Shown: positions 1 through 13,099 of the stretch, piece by piece
How positions within the stretch are numbered: position 1 is the first letter of the stretch
Layout: each line of letters opens with the position of its first letter
Assembly (NCBI GenBank): GCA_012295275.1
Contig: CM022665.1
Location: 17,794,001-17,858,000, forward strand
DNA from: Chrysomallon squamiferum
Lineage: Eukaryota; Animalia; Mollusca
Length of the DNA stretch: 64,000 bases
Reading direction: 5' to 3'
The notes under the pieces: model-generated
The model's input: the letters and a program-made list of their open reading frames with translations, nothing else
The model's database searches: none
What the model was told of the DNA's origin: nothing
Program-made: the position numbers and the translations under genes

Positions 1-101
<101 letters not shown>

Positions 102-556
102 TCGTTCAGTATTATACAAGTAGTATGTCAATTTTATGTGGGTTTATTTAATGTCACACTTCATTACATTGGTTTGTAACTATTAATGAGAGGTTAGAAG
201 AGTGGTTCTCAAAGGGTGATGTATTACAGTTTTACGTAACATATTTTGTCTTTGTAATAATAAGTGTCAGTAAATAAATAAGTAAACATAATAAATAAAT
301 AAATGAGGTAAAAAATAAATATGTAAACAAATAATTAATTAATGATTAATAATTATGATAATAATAATAATAATGATGATGATGATGATGATGATGATGA
401 TAATATGTTTAATCGTCAAGCATGGCTATTCAACTAATTCAACAAATACGGCTACGGATTATCCTACAACAATTAAAAACGCCGAAGACAGTACACTACG
501 ATCGAAACAGCAGTGACCTACTTTCCACTCCTTGCGTGTCTTTACCTGTCAAGCTG

Positions 557-564
557 TGACGTCA
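557..564. promoter_or_regulatory. Full palindromic CRE (TGACGTCA) just upstream of the CUB-LU start codon
   Basis: Exact TGACGTCA in a locally CpG-richer stretch (about 410-780) of an otherwise CpG-poor window; function untested. Confidence 0.4.
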
Positions 565-579
565 TGCAGGTAAACCAAG

Positions 580-640
580 ATGGAGGCACCAGTCAGAATC
601 GCGTTGTTTATACTACATATTTTGTTTGCTACCGTAAAAG
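580..640 (+). CDS. CUB-LU protein exon 1 (signal peptide MEAPVRIALFILHILFATVKG)
   Basis: ATG in aagATGG context, hydrophobic core, AAG|GTAAAA donor at 641; phase 1 fits exon 2. Confidence 0.8.
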
Positions 641-1754
641 GTAAAACTAATTTACATCAGTGCTTGATACGTTTTAACTGCTGTAATTTCCTATTTACAA
701 ATAGATACAGTGTGTCATGAATTACTGGACACGAATGCGGAATACATTTGTTACTTTTGTAACACTTTGTTTTGAATCTACGATACATTATTCTGTGTCA
801 TATGATATTGTCAGTCGTTATTCAACTTAAGTTATTACTTATCTTAAGTTGTGGTATTTCTAATCATATCTAATATATATAGTTATTTAATTTATGAAGG
901 ACGAAGACGAACACAACTATCTTGCTGTTCCATAATTGATAATAATTTTATCGAGACAGTTTCAGTTTGCTGATAACTCAAGGAAGTAATTATTTGAAGA
1001 TAGCCATTTCAGTGATTGCTGACATGTTTTCCTGTAGATATAGATATTTAAACATAATTAAATATAAAACTTGATTTGGCTGACTGTGCAGATTAATGCT
1101 CCTTTCTGTATAACTAAAACAATACAATATATTATATACTCAGACTCTCAGAGTGAATGCTTTATACAATAAGGTTAAATTTATACATGTTGATTTCCCT
1201 TCATAATCCATTGAACAATTTCCCATTCCAGCTTATTCTTCACATGTAGTCAAAGATATTCATACTTTGGAAAATTATATGAAAAAATATAATTTGCTGC
1301 TAAAAGAAAAACCTTATGATCTTCCTCTAAATCATTTTGTAATTTTATTAAATGTTTATTAGCTGGTGACAGAAAATTAGGTGCAACTTTGGCATGTGAT
1401 CTACAACAAAAAATATATCTTGGATATTTCTTAAGATAAAAGCATGTGTAATAGGCAGGTAAAATAATGGCCTTGGAGATGATGAAGAAAATGTTGCACC
1501 ATTTCATTGTTGTGGTGGAGAAATGAAGGAAGCTTGAAGAAAAGTGAAAAATGGTGAAATCCTACCAACTTCAATTGTGTATACTTTTTAGCCTTTGTTC
1601 CTACAAATTATAAATATATAATAAAAGGAATATTTGTTTCATTTATGCCATGAAAAGCAATAATAAAAAACCAAGAATAAACAAAATAACTGCAGATCAA
1701 ACACCAAATTAATATGCTTATTCTGATGTTGTCATATAAAAATACAGACAGTAA

Positions 1755-2551
1755 ATTGTGTCATTAATTCAAAATTATAATGCATCATTAATTTAAACTG
1801 ATAGTGTGTCTTTAATACAAAATGATATAACACCATTAATTCAAAATGAGGGTGTACATTTAATTCAAATAGTGTGTCATTAATCCAAAGTGGGTCTTTA
1901 ATTCAAAATGCTAGTGCTCCATTAATTCAAATTATAGTGTGTCTGTAATTCAAAATGAAAGTGTATCTTTAATTTGATTTGATAGTGTGTCTTAATTTCT
2001 TAATGACTGAGTCTCTTTAAATAAAAATGATAATGTTCCTTTGATTCAGAATGATAGCATCCCTTTAATTTCACATGATAATAATGTTGACATTACAGGA
2101 GATCTAGTTGTTCAGGGAACCTTCAGTTCAGAATAATAGTATATATTTAATTCAAAATGATTATGTGTCATTAATTCAAAATGATAGTGTGTCATTCAAA
2201 ATGATAGTGTGTCATTCAAAATGATAGTGTGTCATTCAAAATGATAGTGTGTCATTCAAAACGATAGTGTCCCTTTAATTCCAAACTATTCAGTCCCTTT
2301 AAATCAAACTGATAATATCCCTTTATTTCAAAATGATAGTGTATTTTTAATTCCAAATGATAATGTCCCTTTAATTCAGAATGATAGAGTCCTTTTAATT
2401 CCAAATCTTAATGCTGCTGATATTTCAAGAGATCTTGTTGTTCAGGGGACCTGTGACAACGATGATGTCCCTTTAATTCTGAATGATAGAGTTTCTTTAA
2501 TCCCAAATCTTAATACTGTTGATATTACAGGAAATCTGGTTGTTCAAGGGA
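1755..2551. repeat. ~20-23 bp minisatellite (ttaattcaaaatgatagtgtgtca) containing copies of the exon-2 acceptor
   Basis: Perfect 20-bp period at about 2176-2270, degenerate units either side; acceptor/exon-start copies near 2085-2121 and 2412-2451. Confidence 0.85.
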
Positions 2552-2794
2552 TTTATAACTGTGGCTCAGCAATGAACCCTAAAGAAGTGAGAGTCACTGA
2601 CAGAAATGAAGAAACAATTATCTCACAGACCAAGGAGTATTATGACTCCCGTCATGACTGCATCCTCACCATCATTGGCAAGCGTAACTACCAACTGGAG
2701 TTAGAGTTGATGTCCATTGACATAGATGGACATGCATACAGAACTGACCACTGTGGTGGTCTCTGCTGCAATGATTATCTGAAAATATTTAACA
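2531..2794 (+). CDS. CUB-LU protein exon 2 (N-terminal half of CUB domain)
   Basis: ttacag acceptor; encodes NLVVQGIYNCG...YDSRHDCILTI...LELELMSIDID...CCNDYLKIFN, a CUB pattern; A|GTATGT donor at 2795. Confidence 0.9.
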
Positions 2795-3011
2795 GTATGT
2801 TTACACACAGTAGCTTTTACACACACGCACATACAATAAACACACATACACAAACTCACACACACATACTTATACACTTATATATATATATTTACATACA
2901 TATGTACATACATACTAAATACATAAACATATTACGATGCACATAAACTAACATACATATATTAATGTAGACATGAACACACACATAAATGTGGACATTT
3001 TATATATTCAG

Positions 3012-3236
3012 GTTACAGAGTGGACAATGCCAGACTGCTACCAGGTATGTCTCAGTGGGGACTTTGTGGCAGCGAACTCCCCAAAAGGACCACATGGCAA
3101 ACCACCAACAACTTTGTCACTATTCAGTTTCGGACAGATGAACGTACAGACTACAAACGTGGATTCACTATGAGGATGCGTCAGTATCCATGGAGGAATC
3201 CTGGCAATGTTTACCCTGATGGAGGTTATTTTGGAG
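3012..3236 (+). CDS. CUB-LU protein exon 3 (C-terminal half of CUB domain)
   Basis: ttcag acceptor; GLCGSELP...TTNNFVTIQFRTD...KRGFTM matches the CUB C-terminal motif; G|GTAATC donor at 3237. Confidence 0.9.
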
Positions 3237-3808
3237 GTAATCAATATCTAAACATTACATTTCAGAGAAATTTGAATATTTGTGATTATTAAAAGCAACA
3301 TAATTAGCAGGATAACTTATAAATAGGGTTTCTTCTTCTTTTTTTTTTTTTTTTTTCAAACTTTTTAAATATTGGTAGAAAATATTGAAAATTATTTTAA
3401 TTAGGTATGGATACAATAAAAAAAAATTATAAAAAAAATAAGGTACAAAATTCAAAATCAAATGCCAAAATTAAAATTTGTGGCTTTTAAAAATTTGATT
3501 TGTGCTTTTACACAAAATTAAAAATAATTTAAATATTTCTGTTTCAATAATAAATTTAAAACTTTCAAAAAAGTAGTTCAAAACATACTCAGAAATGTAT
3601 TTTAAAATTTTTATTTTCATAAAAAAAATTAAAAACATATTCTAAAATATGTTTCAATATATAATTAAAGATATATTCTAAAAGTTTATTTAAAAATTGC
3701 ATTTTGATATAAAATTTAAAATGTATTCTACAATTTTTATTCAAAATATAATTAAAAATATATTATAAAATTCAGAAAACCAAAATTTAAATTATTTGAC
3801 TGTTTCAG

Positions 3809-4033
3809 GATGGAATGATGGCAGCAAAAATGAACTTCAGGTAGACTGGAGTGACCAGAATCAAATCCCAGGTGACTTTGTTCCTCCAGGGATGGGTGGA
3901 GATTATGATGGTGGGCAAACAGGGATTCAGTGTTATGAGTGTCAGGGATGTGATGTTGACTACTTCGACCCTGACAGTGAGTTTGCATCAACACAAGCTG
4001 GATGTTACACATGCTCAAAAACATGGAGAGATC
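3809..4033 (+). CDS. CUB-LU protein exon 4 (linker and start of LU domain)
   Basis: tttcag acceptor; IQCYECQGC...GCYTCSK is a typical three-finger N-terminus; C|GTATGT donor at 4034. Confidence 0.9.
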
Positions 4034-4133
4034 GTATGTTTTTTTGTTGTTGTTTTTTTATCCCTTTTTACAAATGTTCATTATTATTAGTAGTATTATT
4101 TATTAATTAATTAATTAATTAATTAATTAATTT

Positions 4134-4166
<33 letters not shown>

Positions 4167-4589
4167 TTTTTTGAGATTATGCTTTCATTATTCATTAATT
4201 TCATTTTTTCTGTTCTTTTTTGAACTATATTAATCTTATTTATTTACTTTTTTTATTTTATTTTATTTTTTCCACATAATAATTATTGTTTTAGCATTTT
4301 TTTTAATTATTTTGTTCTTGAAACTGATTTTTACAAACATATTTTACGGTTATTTAACTAAGTTTTATATTATTCCAAGTTACTGTTTTTATTTTTTTCA
4401 TTTTGATCAATCATTGTGAAAATAAAGAAAAACTGATAATAATTTGATTAAAGAAATGTTATGTAAAAATAAAAATAATAATAAATGAATAAATATTACA
4501 TATAGAAAAAGTAAATTATTATAGAATTTGTGTATCTTTAAATTTAAAACCGACTTTAATTTATTTTTTATTTTAAACAAAACCAACAG

Positions 4590-4658
4590 AATTTGCTTCA
4601 GCACAGAGAAGATGTTTTACAAAGTTACAGTACACCAACCTGCTGCTCACTCTCTCAG
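4590..4658 (+). CDS. CUB-LU protein exon 5 (QFASAQRRCFTKLQYTNLLLTLS)
   Basis: aacag acceptor, 69 nt and frame-preserving, supplies the RxC cysteine of the LU fold; CAG|GTTTCT donor at 4659. Confidence 0.8.
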
Positions 4659-5461
4659 GTTTCTACTCTATTATCATCATCATCATTATCAGATCATTAT
4701 AAATATTACTATCATTAATGTTGTTATGGTTATTATTTGATCTCATGTTTCTACTTTATTATCAGTTTTATAATCATTATATCATCATTAGCAATATTAT
4801 TGTTATTTCTAAGGTTTCTACTTTGTTATCATCAATGTAATCATCATAACATTATTAATATTACTGCTTTGTCATTACTGTTGTTAATATTATCACTATT
4901 ATTGTTATTGTTTTGGTTTGTGTTAGTATTGTTATATTCTTCTTCTTCTTCTTATTATTATTATTAGTTGTTATTGTTATTATTATTGTTATTATCTTTA
5001 GTATTACTATCATTATTATCATCATTCATCAAATAATGAATATATTGTTTCTACGTAATGCAGTAAAAATAACAATATAAGAATAAAGGTTCACACAGAA
5101 ATTTTGTTGGTTTTTATAAGCACAAATAACACACATTAAATATATAAATAATTTAAACAAAATAATTCAGTGTATATAGACAATATGGACAGAATTAACA
5201 GTGAAAATAAATTAAAGAAAAGAATAAGCATAAACATTATTTTTTCCTTGAATCAGTTTTGAAGCTGTAGACTTCGTGCACATTCAACATACATTATATT
5301 TAGATGTATATATTAAAACTCCATTGCTGACTGAATCACTTTTAGATGTTTATTCATAAAAAAGCTTTTAAGACTGAGTCAGTGTTATTTAAAGAACTCA
5401 GCTGTTTGCACAGTTTTCTTTCTAATTACAAATGATAATATCCTCTTTTTTTTTTCCACAG

Positions 5462-5649
5462 ATCCAACAGTTGGAGGAGGAAAAGTGACAGAATTTCGAG
5501 GATGTCGTCGTTTCATGGATGCATATGGTGTCTTTCTCAACTACTGTTTTTGTGACAGCAACTTATGCAACAGTGCTGAAAGACTCAAGTTTAGTGGCTT
5601 CTCCATGTTGTGCACCATCACTGCTTTAATTTTATCATATCACTTTTAG
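5462..5649 (+). CDS. CUB-LU protein exon 6 (end of LU domain and probable GPI signal)
   Basis: Poly-T ccacag acceptor; GC...YCFCDSNLCNSA then a hydrophobic tail (FSMLCTITALILSYHF) and TAG at 5647-5649. Confidence 0.9.
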
Positions 5650-6419
5650 TTAAAAATGTAAATAATTTAGAAATCAATCATGTTAAAGTTGCTGTAAAGT
5701 TTTAATTTTATCAGAACACTTTTACTTAAAAACATAAATAATTCACAAATTAATCATCTTAAAAATTCTTGTAAAGTATTAAAATCAAATACAGCTGCAT
5801 GGGAAGTTTATCGAAGTTGAAAATGTGCAGTTTAAGTTGTTACAGTTAGTTTCTTCCAGGTGCGTGTGTGTTTATGTATTCCTGGTTGAGTGTTTATTTA
5901 AACAGATTTCACTTGGTTCAGTACTGATCAAGGTGTAAAAATATTATAAATTCAAATTTATATAAAAGTTAATGTTAATAGAATTCTTATATTAAGAAAT
6001 TTTATTATTAGTAGTATTTTTAATATATATTATATATATATATTTTTTTCTTTTGATCATTTTTTATTACATTTGGTTAAAATTATTACTTCAACACATT
6101 TTTACAATAATTTTTTGTATTTTACATCATTAATAAAAATGAAATGTTTTAAAAAACTAAAATTGTTAATTTTATTACTATTTTCAATTGTTTACTAATG
6201 TTTAATATCTAAATGAAGACTGTACATTTACTGAATCTGTGAAAAGAATTAAAACATTTTTAATACAAGTTTTATTTATTTAATCTACTGATGTCTATGG
6301 TAATATTTAAATGAAGACTTTATGTTGTTTTGATGTAGGAATAGTCATTAAATAATTTAGTTGTATTTGGCACTACTTTGTCACTGTAATCACTGGTATG
6401 TGTTTTGATGAAGATAAAT

Positions 6420-7090
6420 CTTCATATCACATACCTGTCACATTCACTAATGTGCCTCTGTACATAGCATTCATTTCTAGTAATCTTTTACATTCTACTA
6501 TATTTCTGTTATATGTCACTACATGGACTACATTTCATTTCTCTATATTTCTGCTAGATGTCACTGCAAGGATGATGTTTTCATTTCACTATGTTTCTAA
6601 TATATCACTTACATTCCACTAAGTTATGCTATATGTCAATTTACATTCCTCTATGTTTCTGCTGTATGTCACTTTACATTTCACTATGTTTCTATTATAT
6701 TTCTCGAGGTCAACTTTACATTCATGGTTTACAGCTAAAGCATTATTTAACATGTCACTATATTGCTAACAGATGTCACTATAAACACTATTTTCACATC
6801 TTAATGTTAATCACAGAATGTAAATAAGCATTTTACATTTCCCCATATTAGAATGTAATTACAGAATGATTACATTCACCTTTTACTAGTTACACTTAAG
6901 TAAATAATTACTATATGAATCTTAGACATAATTTTACATTTCTAGTAACATTTTACAATATCGTCACAATGTCAAAAAGTCAGCACTTCTTTGCCTAGTA
7001 CTTTTCTTTTATTTCTCCTTTGCATGTTGGAATGTATTTAGATATTATTCCACATTTCTAGCAAAATTTTTACATTACACTTTATTGTCA
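6420..7090. repeat. Degenerate ~33-bp minisatellite (atgtcactttacatt..ctatgtttctg), downstream of the CUB-LU stop
   Basis: Recurrent 'gtcact.tacatt' units; also present in the duplicate block at about 11170-11840. Confidence 0.7.
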
Positions 7091-8949
7091 GGACACTTTA
7101 TATTTCGTTTTTATGTTTATCTGTGTTTTGTAACTTTAATAATTTTTCTTTTAGAAATTTTACATAAAGAAATCATCTAGAAATAATTAAATTGTGCTTA
7201 AATTATTTGTTCAGACCATTAAAAGTCAATAAATAAATAAATAAATAAATGAAATATTAATAAAGAAATAAAAATCAGCCAATCATTTGGAGGTTTACAA
7301 AATATGTTAGGTTATTTGTTCATAGGTACACTTTAAAGTTATTGTTTTAATTATTCTGCACTTTTATCTACAAATGTTTAGTGTTTTGTCCGTGGTACTT
7401 CCTGAATGTAATGAAAACAATTTTTGTTTTGTGAATATATTTTGTAAATAAAAACAGATGCTGTAAAGTGTGAAGTTTGTTATGAATCGTTTTGTGTGCA
7501 CAGAGTGCTAGTTCTTGATAAACTCTTCAATGTAAGTTTTTTTTTTTCTTTCTCTTAATTTTAATTTTTTATTTTTTTTTTTTACAAATATATCTTTCTT
7601 TACTTATTATTTTCTTATTATTATTAATTTCAACAAAAAAGTATGTTGTAATAAGAATAATCAATTATAATAATATAGTTAATAAAACCTAAAATAAACA
7701 AAAAATAAAACATGACATTAAAAACATAATTTTAAAAATGTATTCGTCTTCTAACAAACAAGAGTATTTAATGTTCATCCTGTTGCAATCATTTATCAAA
7801 GTACCGATGATCAGTCAATTTGTTTACAATAATCTTATGACGTAATTAACATAAAAAAGTAACTCCGAGGCCATGACCTATAACTTGATAGATCAGGGTA
7901 TCAACCTCCAGAAAGTACCCACCTTGCTCTTTCCTAGCTAAGTACATCCTATTAACGTTGTAATTTTCAAATGATGAATTATATATTTATTTTATTTTAT
8001 TTTTTTAGTAAGACATTTTTTTTTTTGGGGGGGGAATGAAGTAATGAAACAAGATTTTAGATTTGTATTTTATCCAAATTTAAAAATGTGCCTTCAACCA
8101 ATATTATAATTGTTTCAAGAATATGAATCAAGTAATTAATACATTAGAATCAACTTTTAACTATGAAAAGAAGGTAATTTTGCAGTTTAGCTTATAATAA
8201 TAAAAATAATAATAATGACATGACTTATGTATATTTTAAATCATTATCCATGCTGAAATTTCGTAGATGAAAAGCACGTGTTGATTCTGTTGAGTTTTTC
8301 ATTCTTTATTCCAGAACAAAATATTATTATCTCCCCTTCTGTCCCGATGAACTATAACCTCAGGTCAAAGTTGAAAAGATGCTCGGAAGTACACCATTTT
8401 CGTTGTTGTGAAATTTGACGCCTTCAAGAGCGAAGGTAATGCAAAGTCAGTTTTTTTTTTTTTTTTTCCTTTATTTTTTTTTTTCTCATTCATGAAATCG
8501 TCTGAAACATGTTGCTTATACTTAGAGTTTGTTTCACTGATGCAAGAAAACGTCTTCTTCCGTAAAGCACGCAAACAAACAGCACTGAAAAAGTTCACAC
8601 ATTTTACTTTTTTTTTTTTTTTACTTTTTTTTCTTTTTTTTTATAAACAACTTGAGACAAACTTTGAGTGACTGCATATAAAACACACTTTGACTGCAAA
8701 GGTAAGGTTGTTAATCTGATTTGTTTTCAGTTTGACACGTGGTTTGGATGTGAGTTCAATATGAAAATTTAAAGCGAGAAAATTATTAATATCGTAAATA
8801 TCCGTACATGTTTTGTAATTGGGATTTCGCGGGTTATTTTAAGTTTTAATTTTATTATTATTATTATTATTAAAATTACAATAACAAAATATAAAGAATA
8901 AATATAAAAAATACAAATGCAAAATATTATTATTATTAAAATTATGTTT

Positions 8950-9149
8950 NNNNNNNNNNNNNNNNNNNNNNNNNNNNNNNNNNNNNNNNNNNNNNNNNNN
9001 NNNNNNNNNNNNNNNNNNNNNNNNNNNNNNNNNNNNNNNNNNNNNNNNNNNNNNNNNNNNNNNNNNNNNNNNNNNNNNNNNNNNNNNNNNNNNNNNNNNN
9101 NNNNNNNNNNNNNNNNNNNNNNNNNNNNNNNNNNNNNNNNNNNNNNNNN
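8950..9149. other. Assembly gap (200 N)
   Basis: Round-number run of N. Confidence 0.99.
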
Positions 9150-9336
9150 TGATCAATCATTGTGAAAATAAAGAAAACTGATAATAATTTGATTAAAGAA
9201 ATGTTATGTAAAAATAAAAATAATAATAAATGAATAAATATTACATATAGAAAAAGTAAATTATTATAGAATTTGTGTATCTTTAAATTTAAAACCGACT
9301 TTAATTTTTTTTTTTTATTTTAAACAAAACCAACAG

Positions 9337-9405
9337 AATTTGCTTCAGCACAGAGAAGATGTTTTACAAAGTTACAGTACACCAACCTGCTGCTCACTCT
9401 CTCAG
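9337..9405 (+). other. Second copy of CUB-LU exon 5 within the duplicated block
   Basis: Reads identically to 4590-4658. Confidence 0.8.
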
Positions 9406-10210
9406 GTTTCTACTCTATTATCATCATCATCATTATCAGATCATTATAAATATTACTATCATTAATGTTGTTATGGTTATTATTTGATCTCATGTTTCTA
9501 CTTTATTATCAGTTTTATAATCATTATATCATCATTAGCAATATTATTGTTATTTCTAAGGTTTCTACTTTGTTATCATCAATGTAATCATCATAACATT
9601 ATTAATATTACTGCTTTGTCATTACTGTTGTTAATATTATCACTATTATTGTTATTGTTTTGGTTTGTGTTAGTATTGTTATATTCTTCTTCTTCTTCTT
9701 ATTATTATTATTAGTTGTTATTGTTATTATTATTGTTATTATCTTTAGTATTACTATCATTATTATCATCATTCATCAAATAATGAATATATTGTTTTCT
9801 AATGTAATGCAGTAAAAATAACAATATAAGAATAAAGGTTCACACAGAAATTTTGTTGGTTTTTATAAGCACAAATAACACACATTAAATATATAAATAA
9901 TTTAAACAAAATAATTCAGTGTATATAGACAATATGGACAGAATTAACAGTGAAAATAAATTAAAGAAAAGAATAAGCATAAACATTATTTTTTCCTTGA
10001 ATCAGTTTTGAAGCTGTAGACTTCGTGCACATTCAACATACATTATATTTAGATGTATATATTAAAACTCCATTGCTGACTGAATCACTTTTAGATGTTT
10101 ATTCATAAAAAAGCTTTTAAGACTGAGTCAGTGTTATTTAAAGAACTCAGCTGTTTGCACAGTTTTCTTTCTAATTACAAATGATAATATCCTCTTTTTT
10201 TTTTCCACAG

Positions 10211-10398
10211 ATCCAACAGTTGGAGGAGGAAAAGTGACAGAATTTCGAGGATGTCGTCGTTTCATGGATGCATATGGTGTCTTTCTCAACTACTGTTTTT
10301 GTGACAGCAACTTATGCAACAGTGCTGAAAGACTCAAGTTTAGTGGCTTCTCCATGTTGTGCACCATCACTGCTTTAATTTTATCATATCACTTTTAG
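10211..10398 (+). other. Second copy of CUB-LU exon 6 within the duplicated block
   Basis: Reads identically to 5462-5649. Confidence 0.8.
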
Positions 10399-12762
10399 TT
10401 AAAAATGTAAATAATTTAGAAATCAATCATGTTAAAGTTGCTGTAAAGTTTTAATTTTATCGTAACACTTTTACTTAAAAACATAAATAATTCACAAATT
10501 AATCATCTTAAAAATTCTTGTAAAGTATTAAAATCAAATACAGCTGCATGGGAAGTTTATCGAAGTTGAAAATGTGCAGTTTAAGTTGTTACAGTTAGTT
10601 TCTTCCAGGTGCGTGTGTGTTTATGTATTCCTGGTTGAGTGTTTATTTAAACAGATTTCACTTGGTTCAGTACTGATCAAGGTGTAAAAATATTATAAAT
10701 TCAAATTTATATAAAAGTTAATGTTAATAGAATTCTTATATTAAGAAATTTTATTATTAGTAGTATTTTTAATATATATTATATATATATATTTTTTCTT
10801 TTGATCATTTTTTTATTACATTTGGTTAAAATTATTACTTCAACACATTTTTACAATAATTTTTTGTATTTTACATCATTAATAAAAATGAAATGTTTTA
10901 AAAAACTAAAATTGTTAATTTTATTACTATTTTCAATTGTTTACTAATGTTTAATATCTAAATGAAGACTGTACATTTACTGAATCTGTGAAAAGAATTA
11001 AAACATTTTTAATACAAGTTTTATTTATTTAATCTACTGATGTCTATGGTAATATTTAAATGAAGACTTTATGTTGTTTTGATGTAGGAATAGTCATTAA
11101 ATAATTTAGTTGTATTTGGCACTACTTTGTCACTGTAATCACTGGTATGTGTTTTGATGAAGATAAATCTTCATATCACATACCTGTCACATTCACTAAT
11201 GTGCCTCTGTACATAGCATTCATTTCTAGTAATCTTTTACATTCTACTATATTTCTGTTATATGTCACTACATGGACTACATTTCATTTCTCTATATTTC
11301 TGCTAGATGTCACTGCAAGGATGATGTTTTCATTTCACTATGTTTCTAATATATCACTTACATTCCACTAAGTTATGCTATATGTCAATTTACATTCCTC
11401 TATGTTTCTGCTGTATGTCACTTTACATTTCACTATGTTTCTATTATATTTTCGAGGTCAACTTTACATTCATGGTTTACAGCTAAAGCATTATTTAACA
11501 TGTCACTATATTGCTAACAGATGTCACTATAAACACTATTTTCACATCTTAATGTTAATCACAGAATGTAAATAAGCATTTTACATTTCCCCATATTAGA
11601 ATGTAATTACAGAATGATTACATTCACCTTTTACTAGTTACACTTAAGTAAATAATTACTATATGAATCTTAGACATAATTTTACATTTCTAGTAACATT
11701 TTACAATATCGTCACAATGTCAAAAAAGTCAGCACTTCTTTGCCTAGTACTTTTCTTTTTATTTCTCCTTTGCATGTTGGAATGTATTTAGATATTATTC
11801 CACATTTCTAGCAAAATTTTTACATTACACTTTATTGTCAGGACACTTTATATTTCGTTTTTATGTTTATCTGTGTTTTGTAACTTTAATAATTTTTTTC
11901 TTTTAGAAATTTTACATAAAGAAATCATCTAGAAATAATTAAATTGTGCTTAAATTATTTGTTCAGACCATTAAAAGTCAATAAATAAATAAATAAATAA
12001 ATGAAATATTAATAAAGAAATAAAAATCAGCCAATCATTTGGAGGTTTACAAAATATGTTAGGTTATTTGTTCATAGGTACACTTTAAAGTTATTGTTTT
12101 AATTATTCTGCACTTTTATCTACAAATGTTTAGTGTTTTGTCCGTGGTACTTCCTGAATGTAATGAAAACAATTTTTGTTTTGTGAATATATTTTGTAAA
12201 TAAAAACAGATGCTGTAAAGTGTGAAGTTTGTTATGAATCGTTTTGTGTGCACAGAGTGCTAGTTCTTGATAAACTCTTCAATGTAAGTTTTTTTTTTCT
12301 TTCTCTTAATTTTAATTTTTTATTTTTTTTTTTCAAATATATCTTTCTTTACTTATTATTTTCTTATTATTATTAATTTCAACAAAAAAGTATGTTGTAA
12401 TAAGAATAATCAATTATAATAATATAGTTAATAAAACCTAAAATAAACAAAAAATAAAACATGACATTAAAAACATAATTTTAAAAATGTATTCGTCTTC
12501 TAACAAACAAGAGTATTTAATGTTCATCCTGTTGCAATCATTTATCAAAGTACCGATGATCAGTCAATTTGTTTACAATAATCTTATGACGTAATTAACA
12601 TAAAAAAGTAACTCCGAGGCCATGACCTATAACTTGATAGATCAGGGTATCAACCTCCAGAAAGTACCCACCTTGCTCTTTCCTAGCTAAGTACATCCTA
12701 TTAACGTTGTAATTTTCAAATGATGAATTATATATTTATTTTATTTTTTTTTTTTAGTAAGA

Positions 12763-12796
<34 letters not shown>

Positions 12797-13099
12797 GGGG
12801 AAATGAAGTAATGAAACAAGATTTTAGATTTGTATTTTATCCAAATTTAAAAATGTGCCTTCAACCAATATTATAATTGTTTCAAGAATATGAATCAAGT
12901 AATTAATACATTAGAATCAACTTTTAACTATGAAAAGAAGGTAATTTTGCAGTTTAGCTTATAATAATAAAAATAATAATAATGACATGACTTATGTATA
13001 TTTTAAATCATTATCCATGCTGAAATTTCGTAGATGAAAAGCACGTGTTGATTCTGTTGAGTTTTTCATTCTTTATTCCAGAACAAAATATTATTATCT

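Larger units (their letters stand above)
580..5649 (+). other. Gene span (start to stop): CUB + Ly6/uPAR (Quiver-like) domain, secreted/GPI-anchored protein, 6 exons, ~343 aa
   Basis: Exons 580-640, 2531-2794, 3012-3236, 3809-4033, 4590-4658, 5462-5649 sum to 1032 nt and join in one open frame; every intron is GT-AG and phase 1. Confidence 0.88.

Noticed and set aside
8839-9165. ORFs of X residues
   Set aside because: They run through the N gap.
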